A stretch of DNA of 64,000 nucleotides, taken from positions 160,001 to 224,000 of the forward strand of contig CAWAMW010000017.1 in assembly GCA_963783305.1 (NCBI GenBank). The letters run 5' to 3'. The stretch is from an uncultured Gemmatimonadales bacterium (GTDB taxonomy: Bacteria > Gemmatimonadota > Gemmatimonadetes > Longimicrobiales > RSA9). The notes under the pieces are model-generated. The model was not told the DNA's origin and did not search any database. It was given only the letters and a program-made list of their open reading frames with translations. Position numbers and translations under genes: made by a program. This document shows positions 30,444-39,630 of the stretch, piece after piece; within the stretch, counting starts at the first letter, position 1, and every line of letters starts with the position of its first letter.

Positions 30444-32011
30444 TCTCCAGCGGCGTCATCGTCGAGGCGGCCATCACCGTCGTCTTCGGGTCGCTGGCGG
30501 GCGGACTCACGAACACGATCGCCATCTGGATGCTCTTCCACCCCTACGACGCCCCGCGCGTCCGTGGGCGGCCGCTGCGGTGGGCACAGGGCGCCATCCC
30601 CAAGAACCGTGAGCGGCTGGCGGCCACCATGGGCCGGACCGTGGGCGAACGACTCCTCACCGGCGACGACCTCGCCCGGGCCCTCGCGGAGCCCGCCTTC
30701 CGCGACGCGTTCGACGAGCGCCTCGGCGCCTTCCTCCGCGCCACCCTGGAGCGCGAGCGCGGCAGCCTCGGAGAGATCCTGCCACCCGCCGTGCTGGCGG
30801 AGCTCCGGCCCATCCTGGACGACCTCGCACGGAGCGCGACCTCGCGACTCGACGAGTACCTGGCATCCGAGGCCTTCCGGGCGGCCGTCCACCGCCGCGT
30901 CCGCGCCTTCCTCGAGGAGATCGCGGACCGGCCCGTGGGCGAGCTGCTCACCGAGACGCGCGAGCAGGCCGTGGCCGACCTCGCCGACCGCCTCATCGCC
31001 GATGCCGTGGGCGGCCCCGGCTTCGAGCGGGCCGTGAAGGACTACCTGGAGCGGTCCGGCGAACGCCTGCTCCGCCCGGACCGGACCTTCGAGCAGCTGC
31101 TGCCCGTGGGGCTCGTCGCCGCCGTCGAGCGCGGCATCGCCGGCTACCTCCCGCTCGCCATCGAGCGGCTCGCCTCCCTGCTCGAGGACCCCGAGGCGCG
31201 CGACAAGGTCCGCTCGGTCCTCCACAGGCTCCTGGAGCGATTCCTCCAGGACCTGAACTTCTACAAGCGCGTCGTCGCCGCCCTGATCATCCCGCCCGAC
31301 ACCGTCGATCGGGTCATCAGTGCCATGGAGACCGAGGGCGCAGCGAACCTCTCCGAGCTCCTGCACGATGACGCCGTTCGGGACGCCATGGCCCGCAGCG
31401 TCAATGACGCCATTGTCGACCTGCTCCGCCGCCCCGTCGCCAGTGTGCTGGGACAGCCGGGAGACCCGAGCGTCGACCAGGCGCTGGACACTGTCGCCGG
31501 CTGGATGCTCGGCGTGGCCCGCGACCCGGGCACCCGCGGCTTCCTGGTGGACAAGCTCCGCTCTACGCTCGGCGCCGCCGAGGATCGAACCTGGGGTGAG
31601 CTCCTGGGCCGGATCCCGCCCGAAAAGGTGGCCGACGCCATCGTCGCCGCGGCCCGCAGCGACGAGGCGGGCGAGGTGTATCGGGAGATGGCGGACCGGG
31701 GGGTCCGGCTCGTCCTGGAACGGCCCGTCGGCCGGCCCGCCGACCTGCTGGGCGATGACGCCGCGGGTCGGATCGCCGACGCGGTTCGAGAACCGCTGTG
31801 GCGCTGGCTCCAGGAGCAGGTCCCCACCGTGGCCGCCCGCGTCGACATCTCGGGCAAGGTGGAGAAGAAGATCCTGGAGTATCCGATGGCCAAGGTCGAG
31901 GAGCTCGTCCGCGGGGTCACCGAGCGCGAGCTGCAGCTCATCGTCTATCTCGGCTACGTCCTCGGCGCCATCATCGGGCTCAGCCTGGTCACCGTCCAGC
32001 TGTTCGTATAG
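30440..32011 (+). CDS. DUF445 family membrane protein
   Basis: GGLTNTIAIWMLFHP, QGAIPK, C-terminal EL..I.YLGYVLGAIIG. Confidence 0.85.
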   Translation: MISSGVIVEAAITVVFGSLAGGLTNTIAIWMLFHPYDAPRVRGRPLRWAQGAIPKNRERLAATMGRTVGERLLTGDDLARALAEPAFRDAFDERLGAFLRATLERERGSLGEILPPAVLAELRPILDDLARSATSRLDEYLASEAFRAAVHRRVRAFLEEIADRPVGELLTETREQAVADLADRLIADAVGGPGFERAVKDYLERSGERLLRPDRTFEQLLPVGLVAAVERGIAGYLPLAIERLASLLEDPEARDKVRSVLHRLLERFLQDLNFYKRVVAALIIPPDTVDRVISAMETEGAANLSELLHDDAVRDAMARSVNDAIVDLLRRPVASVLGQPGDPSVDQALDTVAGWMLGVARDPGTRGFLVDKLRSTLGAAEDRTWGELLGRIPPEKVADAIVAAARSDEAGEVYREMADRGVRLVLERPVGRPADLLGDDAAGRIADAVREPLWRWLQEQVPTVAARVDISGKVEKKILEYPMAKVEELVRGVTERELQLIVYLGYVLGAIIGLSLVTVQLFV

Positions 32012-32032
32012 CGGCCGACGCGGGACTGCGGC

Positions 32033-32485
32033 TCAGCCGCCCTCGAACGTTGCGATGGACTGGCGCGTCTCGTCGTCCATGGGCCTGGACCGGCCGGCGT
32101 CGTAGTCGAAGAGGACCTGGCGGCTGGTGCCCGAGCTCAGCAGCCGACCGTCGTCGTCCCACAGACCGTACTCCATGTCGAAGCTGCTCCGGCCGAGCCG
32201 CGTGGTCCGGACCCCCGCCACCAGGATCGCCGGGTAGAGGATCCGCTGGTGATATCGGAGCGTGAACTCCCCCATGACGTAGTCGATGGACTCCACCGTC
32301 TCGCGACCGGCCACGGTCCGCCAGTACCGCGCCCGCGCTTCCTCCCAGTACATGAGCGGGAGTGAGTGGTGGACGTGCCCCATGGGATCCAGGTCGCGGA
32401 ACCGGACCGCCACCTCGTGCTCGAAGCGGAATTCCTCCCGACGCGGCTCTCGGACTTCCCGCGCCGCCGACCCGGCGGTGGTCAC
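32033..32485 (-). CDS. Acyl-CoA thioesterase (4HBT/YbgC-like hotdog fold)
   Basis: VRFRDLDPMGHVHH...EEAR, LGRSSF. Confidence 0.88.
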   Translation of the reverse strand: MTTAGSAAREVREPRREEFRFEHEVAVRFRDLDPMGHVHHSLPLMYWEEARARYWRTVAGRETVESIDYVMGEFTLRYHQRILYPAILVAGVRTTRLGRSSFDMEYGLWDDDGRLLSSGTSRQVLFDYDAGRSRPMDDETRQSIATFEGG

Positions 32486-32664
32486 CGGCGCCTGCTGCCC
32501 CGCTCGGTCCTGCGCAGCAGGTCGAGCGGCGTGAAGTGGTGGGTCTTCCGGCGACGCATCCCCTTCGGCAACACCCGGTCCTCCCGGCCCGGTAGACCGG
32601 GCATGCCAAGGCCGATGTAGATCCCGGCCAGAAGAGCCGCTATCGCTCCGAGCACGTAAAGCAT
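32482..32664 (-). CDS. Small single-TM hypothetical protein
   Basis: GGGAGAGGAG RBS, N-terminal TM helix, basic tail; GTGA overlap with the thioesterase. Confidence 0.6.
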   Translation of the reverse strand: MLYVLGAIAALLAGIYIGLGMPGLPGREDRVLPKGMRRRKTHHFTPLDLLRRTERGSRRR

Positions 32665-32683
32665 GTTCAGCTCTCCTCTCCCT

Positions 32684-33517
32684 TCAATGCGTACTACGCA
32701 GTCGCGGCGCCGGCAGGCCTTCGGCCGCGGACATCAGCCTGCCGTGCAGCACGGGCGCCGCGGCGACGATCCCGTGCACGTACGGGTCCGACCGATTGTA
32801 CCGCGGCGGCCGGCCCAGCAGATCCGTCACCCGTCCACCCGCTTCCGCCACGATGAGCGACCCGGCGGCAACATCCCACTCGCTCTTGGGGCCCCGGCTG
32901 ATGAACCCGTCGCCAGCGCCGGCCGCGACGCCCGCCAGCTTGTAGGCCGCGCTGCCCCAGGGCCGGATGTGCCACTCGCCCTCGAATGACTCGAACTCGC
33001 CGGCGGCGATCTCGCTCCGGGACGCCAGCAGCGCCGGCGTCCGACCCTCGAGCGGGTCCGCCATCCTCAGCGCCTCCCCGGCCTCCGAGCCCCCGTGCCA
33101 GTGCCGGGCCCGGAACGCGCCACCGCCCCTCGTGGCCCAGTACACCTCTTCGCGGGCCGGGTTGTACACCACCCCCACCACCGCCTCTCCATCCTCCACC
33201 AGCGCCACGGAGACCGCGAACTCACGATACCCCGCGATGAAAGAGCGGGTCCCGTCGATGGGGTCCACGATCCACACCCGCGACCGCTCCAGTCGGTCCG
33301 GGCGGTCCACGCTCTCTTCCGACAGCCAACCGTAGCCGGGGCGAGCGCTGGACAGCCGCTCCCGCAGGATCGCGTCCGCCTCCAGATCGGCGGCCGTAAC
33401 CGGCTGGTCGGGCGTCTTGTGCCGCACCTCGGGGTTCGCCCGGAACCACGGCATCACCGCCTCGCCCGCCGCCCGCGTGGCCGCGAGCGCCAGCTCGAGC
33501 TCAGCCGTCAGGGTCAT
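32684..33517 (-). CDS. Inositol monophosphatase family / CysQ-like phosphatase
   Basis: PVTAADLEAD, WLSEE, WIVDPIDGTRSF, EWDVAAG. Confidence 0.88.
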   Translation of the reverse strand: MTLTAELELALAATRAAGEAVMPWFRANPEVRHKTPDQPVTAADLEADAILRERLSSARPGYGWLSEESVDRPDRLERSRVWIVDPIDGTRSFIAGYREFAVSVALVEDGEAVVGVVYNPAREEVYWATRGGGAFRARHWHGGSEAGEALRMADPLEGRTPALLASRSEIAAGEFESFEGEWHIRPWGSAAYKLAGVAAGAGDGFISRGPKSEWDVAAGSLIVAEAGGRVTDLLGRPPRYNRSDPYVHGIVAAAPVLHGRLMSAAEGLPAPRLRSTH

Positions 33518-33947
33518 GGGCTTCCGGGTCATCGAGGACCAGCTCGGGGTGGCGATGACAGCCATAGCACTCCAGCGTCTGGCGACCCCGTACGCGCGTT
33601 CCGCGAGACAGCTCGATCGGCGTTTCGCACCGCGGGCAGTGGCCCTCGAAGTCGATGACGTAGTACTCGCCCCGCCAGTACCGCCAGGCCAGGTAGCCGC
33701 CGATGCCGAGCGACAGCAGCGGCCACAGGAAGTGCGGCGGGATGAAGAAGACGACGGGCATGATCGCAATGGCCACACCCAGTGTCAGGAGCGCACGGGA
33801 GGCCCGCGTCGCCCGCGACTGGTAGATCACCTCGACGGATGCATCCACGGTTCCGCTGCCCGGGAGGACCAACCGCGCGTCCGGCCGTCCGATCTCCGTC
33901 GTCGCCACGCTCTCGCTCCTGTCTTCTGCTGGATTGGGTGATGTCAT
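33501..33947 (-). CDS. Membrane protein with C-terminal zinc ribbon
   Basis: Two TM helices (FFIPPH) followed by CPRC...CYGC. Confidence 0.65.
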   Translation of the reverse strand: MTSPNPAEDRSESVATTEIGRPDARLVLPGSGTVDASVEVIYQSRATRASRALLTLGVAIAIMPVVFFIPPHFLWPLLSLGIGGYLAWRYWRGEYYVIDFEGHCPRCETPIELSRGTRVRGRQTLECYGCHRHPELVLDDPEAHDPDG

Positions 33948-33975
33948 GCCCACCGTTGCGAGAACAGTGCCCGCG

Positions 33976-35721
33976 TCACAGCTCCACCTCGCCCACCCGC
34001 CGCACCGCCGTGCGCAGCGGGACGATGATGGCCACCGCCGAGACTCCCGCCGCCGCCGCCAGCCCGCCCGCGAGCCAGAGCCAGGCGCCCACCGTAAGCA
34101 CGCTGCCCTCCATGCGGGCCTGAAGCACCGCGTACACCGGCCACGCCTCCAGCACGATCACCGTAGCCAGGTAGCCCACCGCCGTCATCATGAAAAGCAG
34201 ACCGCCGAAGCCGGTGGGGATGTCCGCCGCGTTGGCCGTGTCGAAGCGAGGGAAGAGCGCACCGAACCCGAGCGCCAGCGCGGCGATCGCGAACGTCATG
34301 ACCGTGATCGTCACGATCGACAGCACCATCACGAAGGCTCCTACCTCCAGGATGTAGTTGGTCCCCGCCGTCAGCGTCACGGCCACCACCAGGAGCGGGA
34401 CCACGTTCACCCAGTACTTGCTCCAGATCAGGCGTCGGAGCATGAGCGGAGAGGAGCGCAGCAGCCATAGCGTCCGCCCCTCGAGGCTGACCACCGGGAA
34501 AAGGAACCGCGCTGCGATGGCCGCCAGGACGAACCCGGCCAGCCCCACATTGAGAAAGCTGATCACGTTCACCAGGAAGAAGCCCACCTCCACGCCGGTG
34601 AAGAGCGGCAGAACCCTGATGTTGTACACGTACACCACCACGAGGACCGCCAGGAGGATCAGCTGCGACCACTGCGTCGTGTCCCGAAAGAAGCTCCGGA
34701 TGTCCTTCACCACCAGCGCCCGCGTGGACGGCCGTAACGCCACGAACACCCGGTCGAGTCGCGCGCCCCGGCCCGAGACGTTCCCCTCCCTCAACGACGC
34801 CCCCTCCTGCGCCCGGCTGTACCCGTCGGCGAAATACCGCGCGTGGAGCCAGGCCCCTACCACCACCGTCCCCGCCGCGGTACTCGCGAGCAGGAACAGC
34901 GGGAACCAGTCCGCCCCCCGGCTCCGGAGCGGCGCCATGATCGCCTCGGCCGCCCACTCGCTCGGCAGCCACACGGAGCCCGGCGTCCGCAGCGCGGCAA
35001 TGAAATCCACCAGGCTGGTGAAGCCTTCCGGACTCACGATCTGCTCAGGGCGCAGCAGACGGAACAGCACCACCACGCCCGCCGCCGCAAAGAGCCCGAT
35101 GAGCGCCAGCAGGTCGCGGGCGCGGCGCGCGGGGAAGACGTTCACGAGGACCAGGGTAATGGCACTCCCGACCACCGCGGGGATGACGAAGAAGGAGGCC
35201 ATCGCCAGGAGGGAGACGCCCACGTAGAGCAGTCCACCGCGGTACACGACGCCATAGGAGCTCAGGATGGGGACCATCATGAGCGCCACCATCCACGACG
35301 AGTAGGTCATGGTCTCCGTGAGCCGCGCAGTGTAGACCTTCAGCGCGTCGGTGGGCGACGACATCAGGAGCTCCAGGTCCCTGGCCAGGAAGAAGCTCGA
35401 CAGCGCGGCAATGACGTTCGACAGCAACAGGATCGCCATGAAGCTGAGCAGCACCAGGCTCAACAGCTTCACCGCCAGCACCTCGCCGATCCCCTCCGCC
35501 CGCCGGAAGTAGAGGAGCATCCGCAGCAGGATCCCGAACATCAAGGTGAAGAACAGGAGCCCCACGCAGCCCAGCAGGAGTGCCCGACCGCGACCCGACT
35601 CCCCTCCCGACCGGCGCCGCAGCGCCACCCACTTCGGCCGCAGGATGTCGAGCACCCCGAAGCGGCCGCCCGCCCGCGGCGCCGCCATGGTGCCCTGCAT
35701 CGGGGGCGCCGGGCTGTCCAC
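33976..35721 (-). CDS. Putative ABC-2-type exporter permease (multi-TM)
   Basis: Many TM helices, FFLARDLELLMSSP, KD...FFRD..QW, SLEG..LWLLRSSP; next to an ABC ATPase. Confidence 0.8.
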   Translation of the reverse strand: MDSPAPPMQGTMAAPRAGGRFGVLDILRPKWVALRRRSGGESGRGRALLLGCVGLLFFTLMFGILLRMLLYFRRAEGIGEVLAVKLLSLVLLSFMAILLLSNVIAALSSFFLARDLELLMSSPTDALKVYTARLTETMTYSSWMVALMMVPILSSYGVVYRGGLLYVGVSLLAMASFFVIPAVVGSAITLVLVNVFPARRARDLLALIGLFAAAGVVVLFRLLRPEQIVSPEGFTSLVDFIAALRTPGSVWLPSEWAAEAIMAPLRSRGADWFPLFLLASTAAGTVVVGAWLHARYFADGYSRAQEGASLREGNVSGRGARLDRVFVALRPSTRALVVKDIRSFFRDTTQWSQLILLAVLVVVYVYNIRVLPLFTGVEVGFFLVNVISFLNVGLAGFVLAAIAARFLFPVVSLEGRTLWLLRSSPLMLRRLIWSKYWVNVVPLLVVAVTLTAGTNYILEVGAFVMVLSIVTITVMTFAIAALALGFGALFPRFDTANAADIPTGFGGLLFMMTAVGYLATVIVLEAWPVYAVLQARMEGSVLTVGAWLWLAGGLAAAAGVSAVAIIVPLRTAVRRVGEVEL

Positions 35722-35723
35722 CG

Positions 35724-36494
35724 CTAGGCCTCCGAGACGGCCCTGAGGGAGGCGATGAGCTCCCCCACCTCTTCACCGCCCGTCAGCTTCAGGAAGATCT
35801 CCTCCAGACCCGCCGCCCCCGTTTCCGCCTCGGCCCGAAGCTCGTCCATTGTCCCCATGGCACGGATCCGACCGCCCTGGATGATGGCGATCCGGTCGCA
35901 CAACGCCTCCGCCACCTCCAGCGTGTGCGTGGACAGGAACACCGTACCGCCCTGCTCCACGAACGTCCGCAGCAGCTCCTTGATCATCCGGGCCGCCTTC
36001 GGATCAAGCCCCACCATCGGCTCGTCCACCACGATCAGGCGCGGGCCGTGGATGAGTGCGGAGCTGATCAGCAGCTTCTGCCGCATTCCGTGGCTGTAGC
36101 TCTCCACCAGCGTGTCCTTCCACGCGGTCAGCTCGAACAGCTCAAGCAGCTCGCTCGCCCGCGCTTCCACCGCCGGACCCTCCTGGCCCCACAACCCGCT
36201 CACGAAGCGGAGGAACTCACTCCCCGTCAGTTTCTCGTACAGGAACGGACGGTCCGGGATATAGCCCAGCAGCTGTTTTGCCGCCGCTGGCTCCGTCGCC
36301 ACATCGTGCCCGCCGATGAGCACGCGCCCGCCAGAGGGCCGGAGCACCCCGGTGAGGAGCCGGATGGTCGTCGTCTTCCCGGCGCCGTTGGGGCCCAGGA
36401 ACCCGAACAGCTCCCCTTTCTCCACGTGGAGGTCCAGCGGGTGCACCGCGGTGAACTTGCCGTAGCTCTTGCTGAGGCCTTCCAGACGGATCAT
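35724..36494 (-). CDS. ABC transporter ATP-binding protein
   Basis: GPNGAGKTT, YSHGMRQK, VDEPMVGLDP, STH. Confidence 0.95.
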   Translation of the reverse strand: MIRLEGLSKSYGKFTAVHPLDLHVEKGELFGFLGPNGAGKTTTIRLLTGVLRPSGGRVLIGGHDVATEPAAAKQLLGYIPDRPFLYEKLTGSEFLRFVSGLWGQEGPAVEARASELLELFELTAWKDTLVESYSHGMRQKLLISSALIHGPRLIVVDEPMVGLDPKAARMIKELLRTFVEQGGTVFLSTHTLEVAEALCDRIAIIQGGRIRAMGTMDELRAEAETGAAGLEEIFLKLTGGEEVGELIASLRAVSEA

Positions 36495-38092
36495 AGCGTG
36501 CTGACGATCTCCAGATCGAGCCGGCCGATCAGCCGGATGAGCTCCACCTGACGGGCGAGACCGCCCACCAGGAACCGCAGGTGCGTGGCGTCGGCCGGGT
36601 ACTGGTCCAGCGTTGGATCCACCGCGACCCACCCGTCCAGCCATACCTCTGGCCACGCGTGGTAGAAGAACCGGCCATTCAGATGGACCAGCCCCACCGC
36701 CGTACGCGCAGGGAGCCCGAGCGCCCGGGCCAGCGCCACGTACAGCACCGTGTGCTCATTGCAGTCGCCCTGCCCCAGCTCCAGCACCTGCACCGCGCTC
36801 GGGATGCTCAGCGTGATGTCCTTCCGGAGCCTCCCATACACCCACTCCGTCAGACGACCCGCCACTACCTCCGGCCTCGTCTCCCCCCCGGCGATCTCCC
36901 GCGCCCGCGCCACGATCCGGGGGTCGGCCGCCTGGATCAGCGGCGTCGACTCCAGCGACTCCGGTCCGGGAGCGCCGTACAGATCGCCCCCGGCGACGCC
37001 CGCATCCTCCCGCCGGCCGGCTGATGCTGCCGCCTCCACCCGGTAGGGGAGACGATACGACGCCCGCAGCGGCAGCGATTCCCGTGTCACCACGAGCGTG
37101 TCACCCCGCAACGCCTGCCGACCGCCATCCAGATCGAAGCCTTCCAGCTCCACCCGCCGCAGCTTCACCGCCAGCCGCGGCACTGCGTCCTCCGCATCCG
37201 ACAGATCCACGTTCGCCGCGATCGCCGTGTTCTCGATGACGCTGCCATAGCCAGACGCCAGCCGGGGATCGGACCGGGCGGATTCCCACGCCTGGTTCGC
37301 CAGCTCGTACGGGGCCCGCTTCACGCGAAATCCCATGGGGCTCTCCGCCACCACGAGCCGACCATCCTCGTCGATCCAGCTGGTCACGCTCACCCCGCCG
37401 TAGCTCTCCTCCACCACCCAGACGGGAATCGTGTCGTAGCGCGCCGGCGCCCATCGCCGCGCACCAGCCCCAAGGAACACGCTGTCCGCGACCACCACCA
37501 TGTCCCGGCCCGTCACCTCGACCTTTACCTCCCGCTCGGACATCGAGGACGGATCGAATACGCGCGCCGAATACTCGCTCCCCACGTCCAGCCGACCGGC
37601 TGCCGCCATGCGCAGCGGGAGCGCGACCGGGAGCGTCAGCCCCTGGTCGAGGGGGATCGCCGTCACCTGGTCGCCCGTCCCAGCCGCCATCGAGAGGACC
37701 AGCGTGGAGTCTCCGCGCGCCTCGCCCGTGACGTTGAAATCGCCGATCTCCGAGTCGAGGGAGAACTCGAAATCAAGGAGCTGAAGCGAGTGACCGAGGC
37801 GAGCGCGGGTTCGTACCACCGCCGAATGGCTCGTGCCCATGGCCGGCACTTCGAGGCGAAGCACATCCTCGAACGAGAAGCCCTCGGGGACCGTATCCAG
37901 CCGCGAGGAGGCGAGGCCGATGGCCTGACCATCCATCTCCACGGTGTAGAAGTAGGAGCCCGGGGCCAGCGACTGGGCGCCCTCGGCAAGGACCAGCGAT
38001 TCCGAGCGGAAGTACTCGCGCCGTACGTGGAACGAGAGTGCGACGACCCACGTCAGGAGCACCAGCGCTCCGATGAGATGACGAAGCTTCAC
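36491..38092 (-). CDS. Membrane-anchored transglutaminase-like protein
   Basis: N-terminal TM; GDCNEH...ARALGLPAR...HAWPEVW..GWVAVDPT gives the Cys-His-Asp triad. Confidence 0.88.
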   Translation of the reverse strand: MKLRHLIGALVLLTWVVALSFHVRREYFRSESLVLAEGAQSLAPGSYFYTVEMDGQAIGLASSRLDTVPEGFSFEDVLRLEVPAMGTSHSAVVRTRARLGHSLQLLDFEFSLDSEIGDFNVTGEARGDSTLVLSMAAGTGDQVTAIPLDQGLTLPVALPLRMAAAGRLDVGSEYSARVFDPSSMSEREVKVEVTGRDMVVVADSVFLGAGARRWAPARYDTIPVWVVEESYGGVSVTSWIDEDGRLVVAESPMGFRVKRAPYELANQAWESARSDPRLASGYGSVIENTAIAANVDLSDAEDAVPRLAVKLRRVELEGFDLDGGRQALRGDTLVVTRESLPLRASYRLPYRVEAAASAGRREDAGVAGGDLYGAPGPESLESTPLIQAADPRIVARAREIAGGETRPEVVAGRLTEWVYGRLRKDITLSIPSAVQVLELGQGDCNEHTVLYVALARALGLPARTAVGLVHLNGRFFYHAWPEVWLDGWVAVDPTLDQYPADATHLRFLVGGLARQVELIRLIGRLDLEIVSTL

Positions 38093-38652
38093 GACCCGCT
38101 TTCCACCCGGCGTACGGATGGCTCGTCCACCTCCAACGACGACATGCCCTCGCTGCCGAGACGCGCCACGGCCGCCTCGAACACCGCCTTCTGGTACGCG
38201 TCCTCCACCACGATCGTCGCCTGGAGCGGTCGGCCCGTACGGCTCTCATGCTCCGCCAGCACCGGGACCATCGCCAACGCGGATTCCTCCGCGTCCAGGT
38301 TCCCCGCCCCCGTACCGAGCGGCGCCAGCGCCAGCACGTCGATCCCCCAGTCGGCCGCCCTGCGGAGCGCGTTGCGGAGCCCCTGCCGCACCACCGCCGC
38401 CGTGGCGTTCTCCGCCGCCGTCCGGACGACCACGTGGATGATGAAATCGGCGGGGAGCGCGCCGGCCGCGGTGATGGCGGCCGACCCGAGGGGAAGCTCA
38501 CCGAGAGCGGCGCATTGCGCGGCCACGGCGGGACCCGCGGCCTCGGAGAACCGCGACATGGCCGGCGTCACCGGTGCGAAGTCCGAAGCCACAGGACGGA
38601 TGAGGGCGCCCGCCACCACCTGCGCCAGCTCACCGACCCGCGCTTCGATCAT
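38089..38652 (-). CDS. Macro domain protein (degenerate)
   Basis: GSAAITAAGALPADFIIHVV and LALAPLGTGAG; lacks NAAN and GGGV. Confidence 0.75.
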   Translation of the reverse strand: MIEARVGELAQVVAGALIRPVASDFAPVTPAMSRFSEAAGPAVAAQCAALGELPLGSAAITAAGALPADFIIHVVVRTAAENATAAVVRQGLRNALRRAADWGIDVLALAPLGTGAGNLDAEESALAMVPVLAEHESRTGRPLQATIVVEDAYQKAVFEAAVARLGSEGMSSLEVDEPSVRRVESGS

Positions 38653-39293
38653 GCGGCGCCGACTTCCCTGGCCTTCCGATACATGGTCGCCGCTTCCTGA
38701 CTGAGGTGCTTGCGGTCGTACAGAATGCCCATGGTGTAGTAAGCCTTGGCATTCCGCGGCTGGTACTGAACCGCCCGCTCCAGCATCTCCAGCGCGTCAT
38801 CCAGCCGCCCCAGCTGGTTCAGCGCCTCGCCCCGGTAGAAATACGCCTCGCCATCCCGGTCATCCAGCTCGATGGCCCGGGACAGCTCCGCCTCTGCCTG
38901 ACGGTACAGCCCTCGCTTGAAGAGCAGCACGCCGAGCTGGCTGTGCACGCGCGGTCGGTCCGGGTCCAGACGCTGCGCCCGCCGAAGCTCCTTCTCCGCC
39001 TCCGCCGCGCGACCCGCGATTCTCAACGCGACCCCCAGCTCCACCAGCACTTCCACGCTCTCCGGTGCCGTGGAGCGGGCGGCGTTCAGCTGCTCGATGG
39101 CCAGCTCCGTCTCTCCACCCTCCATGTAGAGCTGCGCCAGCCCCATGCGCGCTTCCACGTTCTCCGGCTCCTCGACCGCACGGCGCCGCGCGTCCACCAG
39201 CGCATCCGATCCCCCCCGAGGCTCCGCCTCGGCCGCCGACTCGGTCTCGCCGCTCTTCTTCCGTCGATTCGTCACGCCTTCAGCCACCTTCAT
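38649..39293 (-). CDS. Tetratricopeptide repeat protein
   Basis: Several TPR-like repeats (AYFYRGEAL, AYYTMGILY). Confidence 0.85.
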   Translation of the reverse strand: MKVAEGVTNRRKKSGETESAAEAEPRGGSDALVDARRRAVEEPENVEARMGLAQLYMEGGETELAIEQLNAARSTAPESVEVLVELGVALRIAGRAAEAEKELRRAQRLDPDRPRVHSQLGVLLFKRGLYRQAEAELSRAIELDDRDGEAYFYRGEALNQLGRLDDALEMLERAVQYQPRNAKAYYTMGILYDRKHLSQEAATMYRKAREVGAA

Positions 39294-39628
39294 GCACCCA
39301 CGTTCTCGGAAATCCATTGCACATACGGCAGGTATCCCGCCTCCACCGGGAGCACGAGCACCTCCGGGACATCGTAGGGATGGAGCTCCGGGACCCGGCT
39401 CAGAAGCCGCTCCGCCCCGGCCGCCGTGGTCTTGAACACCACCAGCGCCTCCTTCTCACGCTCCACCTTGTCATTCCACCGGTAGATCGACGTGACCCCC
39501 GGCAGGATGTTCCCGCACGCCACTACACCTTCCTCCACCAATTGTCGCACAAGTGTCTCCGCAGCGGCAGCGCCCTGTATCGTCACCAGCACGACCCGCG
39601 CCGCGGCACCCGTACCCTCCGCCGCCAC
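39290..39628 (-). CDS. cutA: Divalent-cation tolerance protein CutA
   Basis: ACGNILPGVTSIYRW, KT, LHPYDVPE, YVQW. Confidence 0.93.
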   Translation of the reverse strand: MAAEGTGAAARVVLVTIQGAAAAETLVRQLVEEGVVACGNILPGVTSIYRWNDKVEREKEALVVFKTTAAGAERLLSRVPELHPYDVPEVLVLPVEAGYLPYVQWISENVGA

Positions 39629-39630
39629 CC

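Noticed and set aside
38089..39293. Macro plus TPR genes as an anti-phage system (Thoeris or DarTG-like)
   Set aside because: No SIR2, TIR or ADP-ribosyltransferase partner; embedded in a housekeeping-type gene run.
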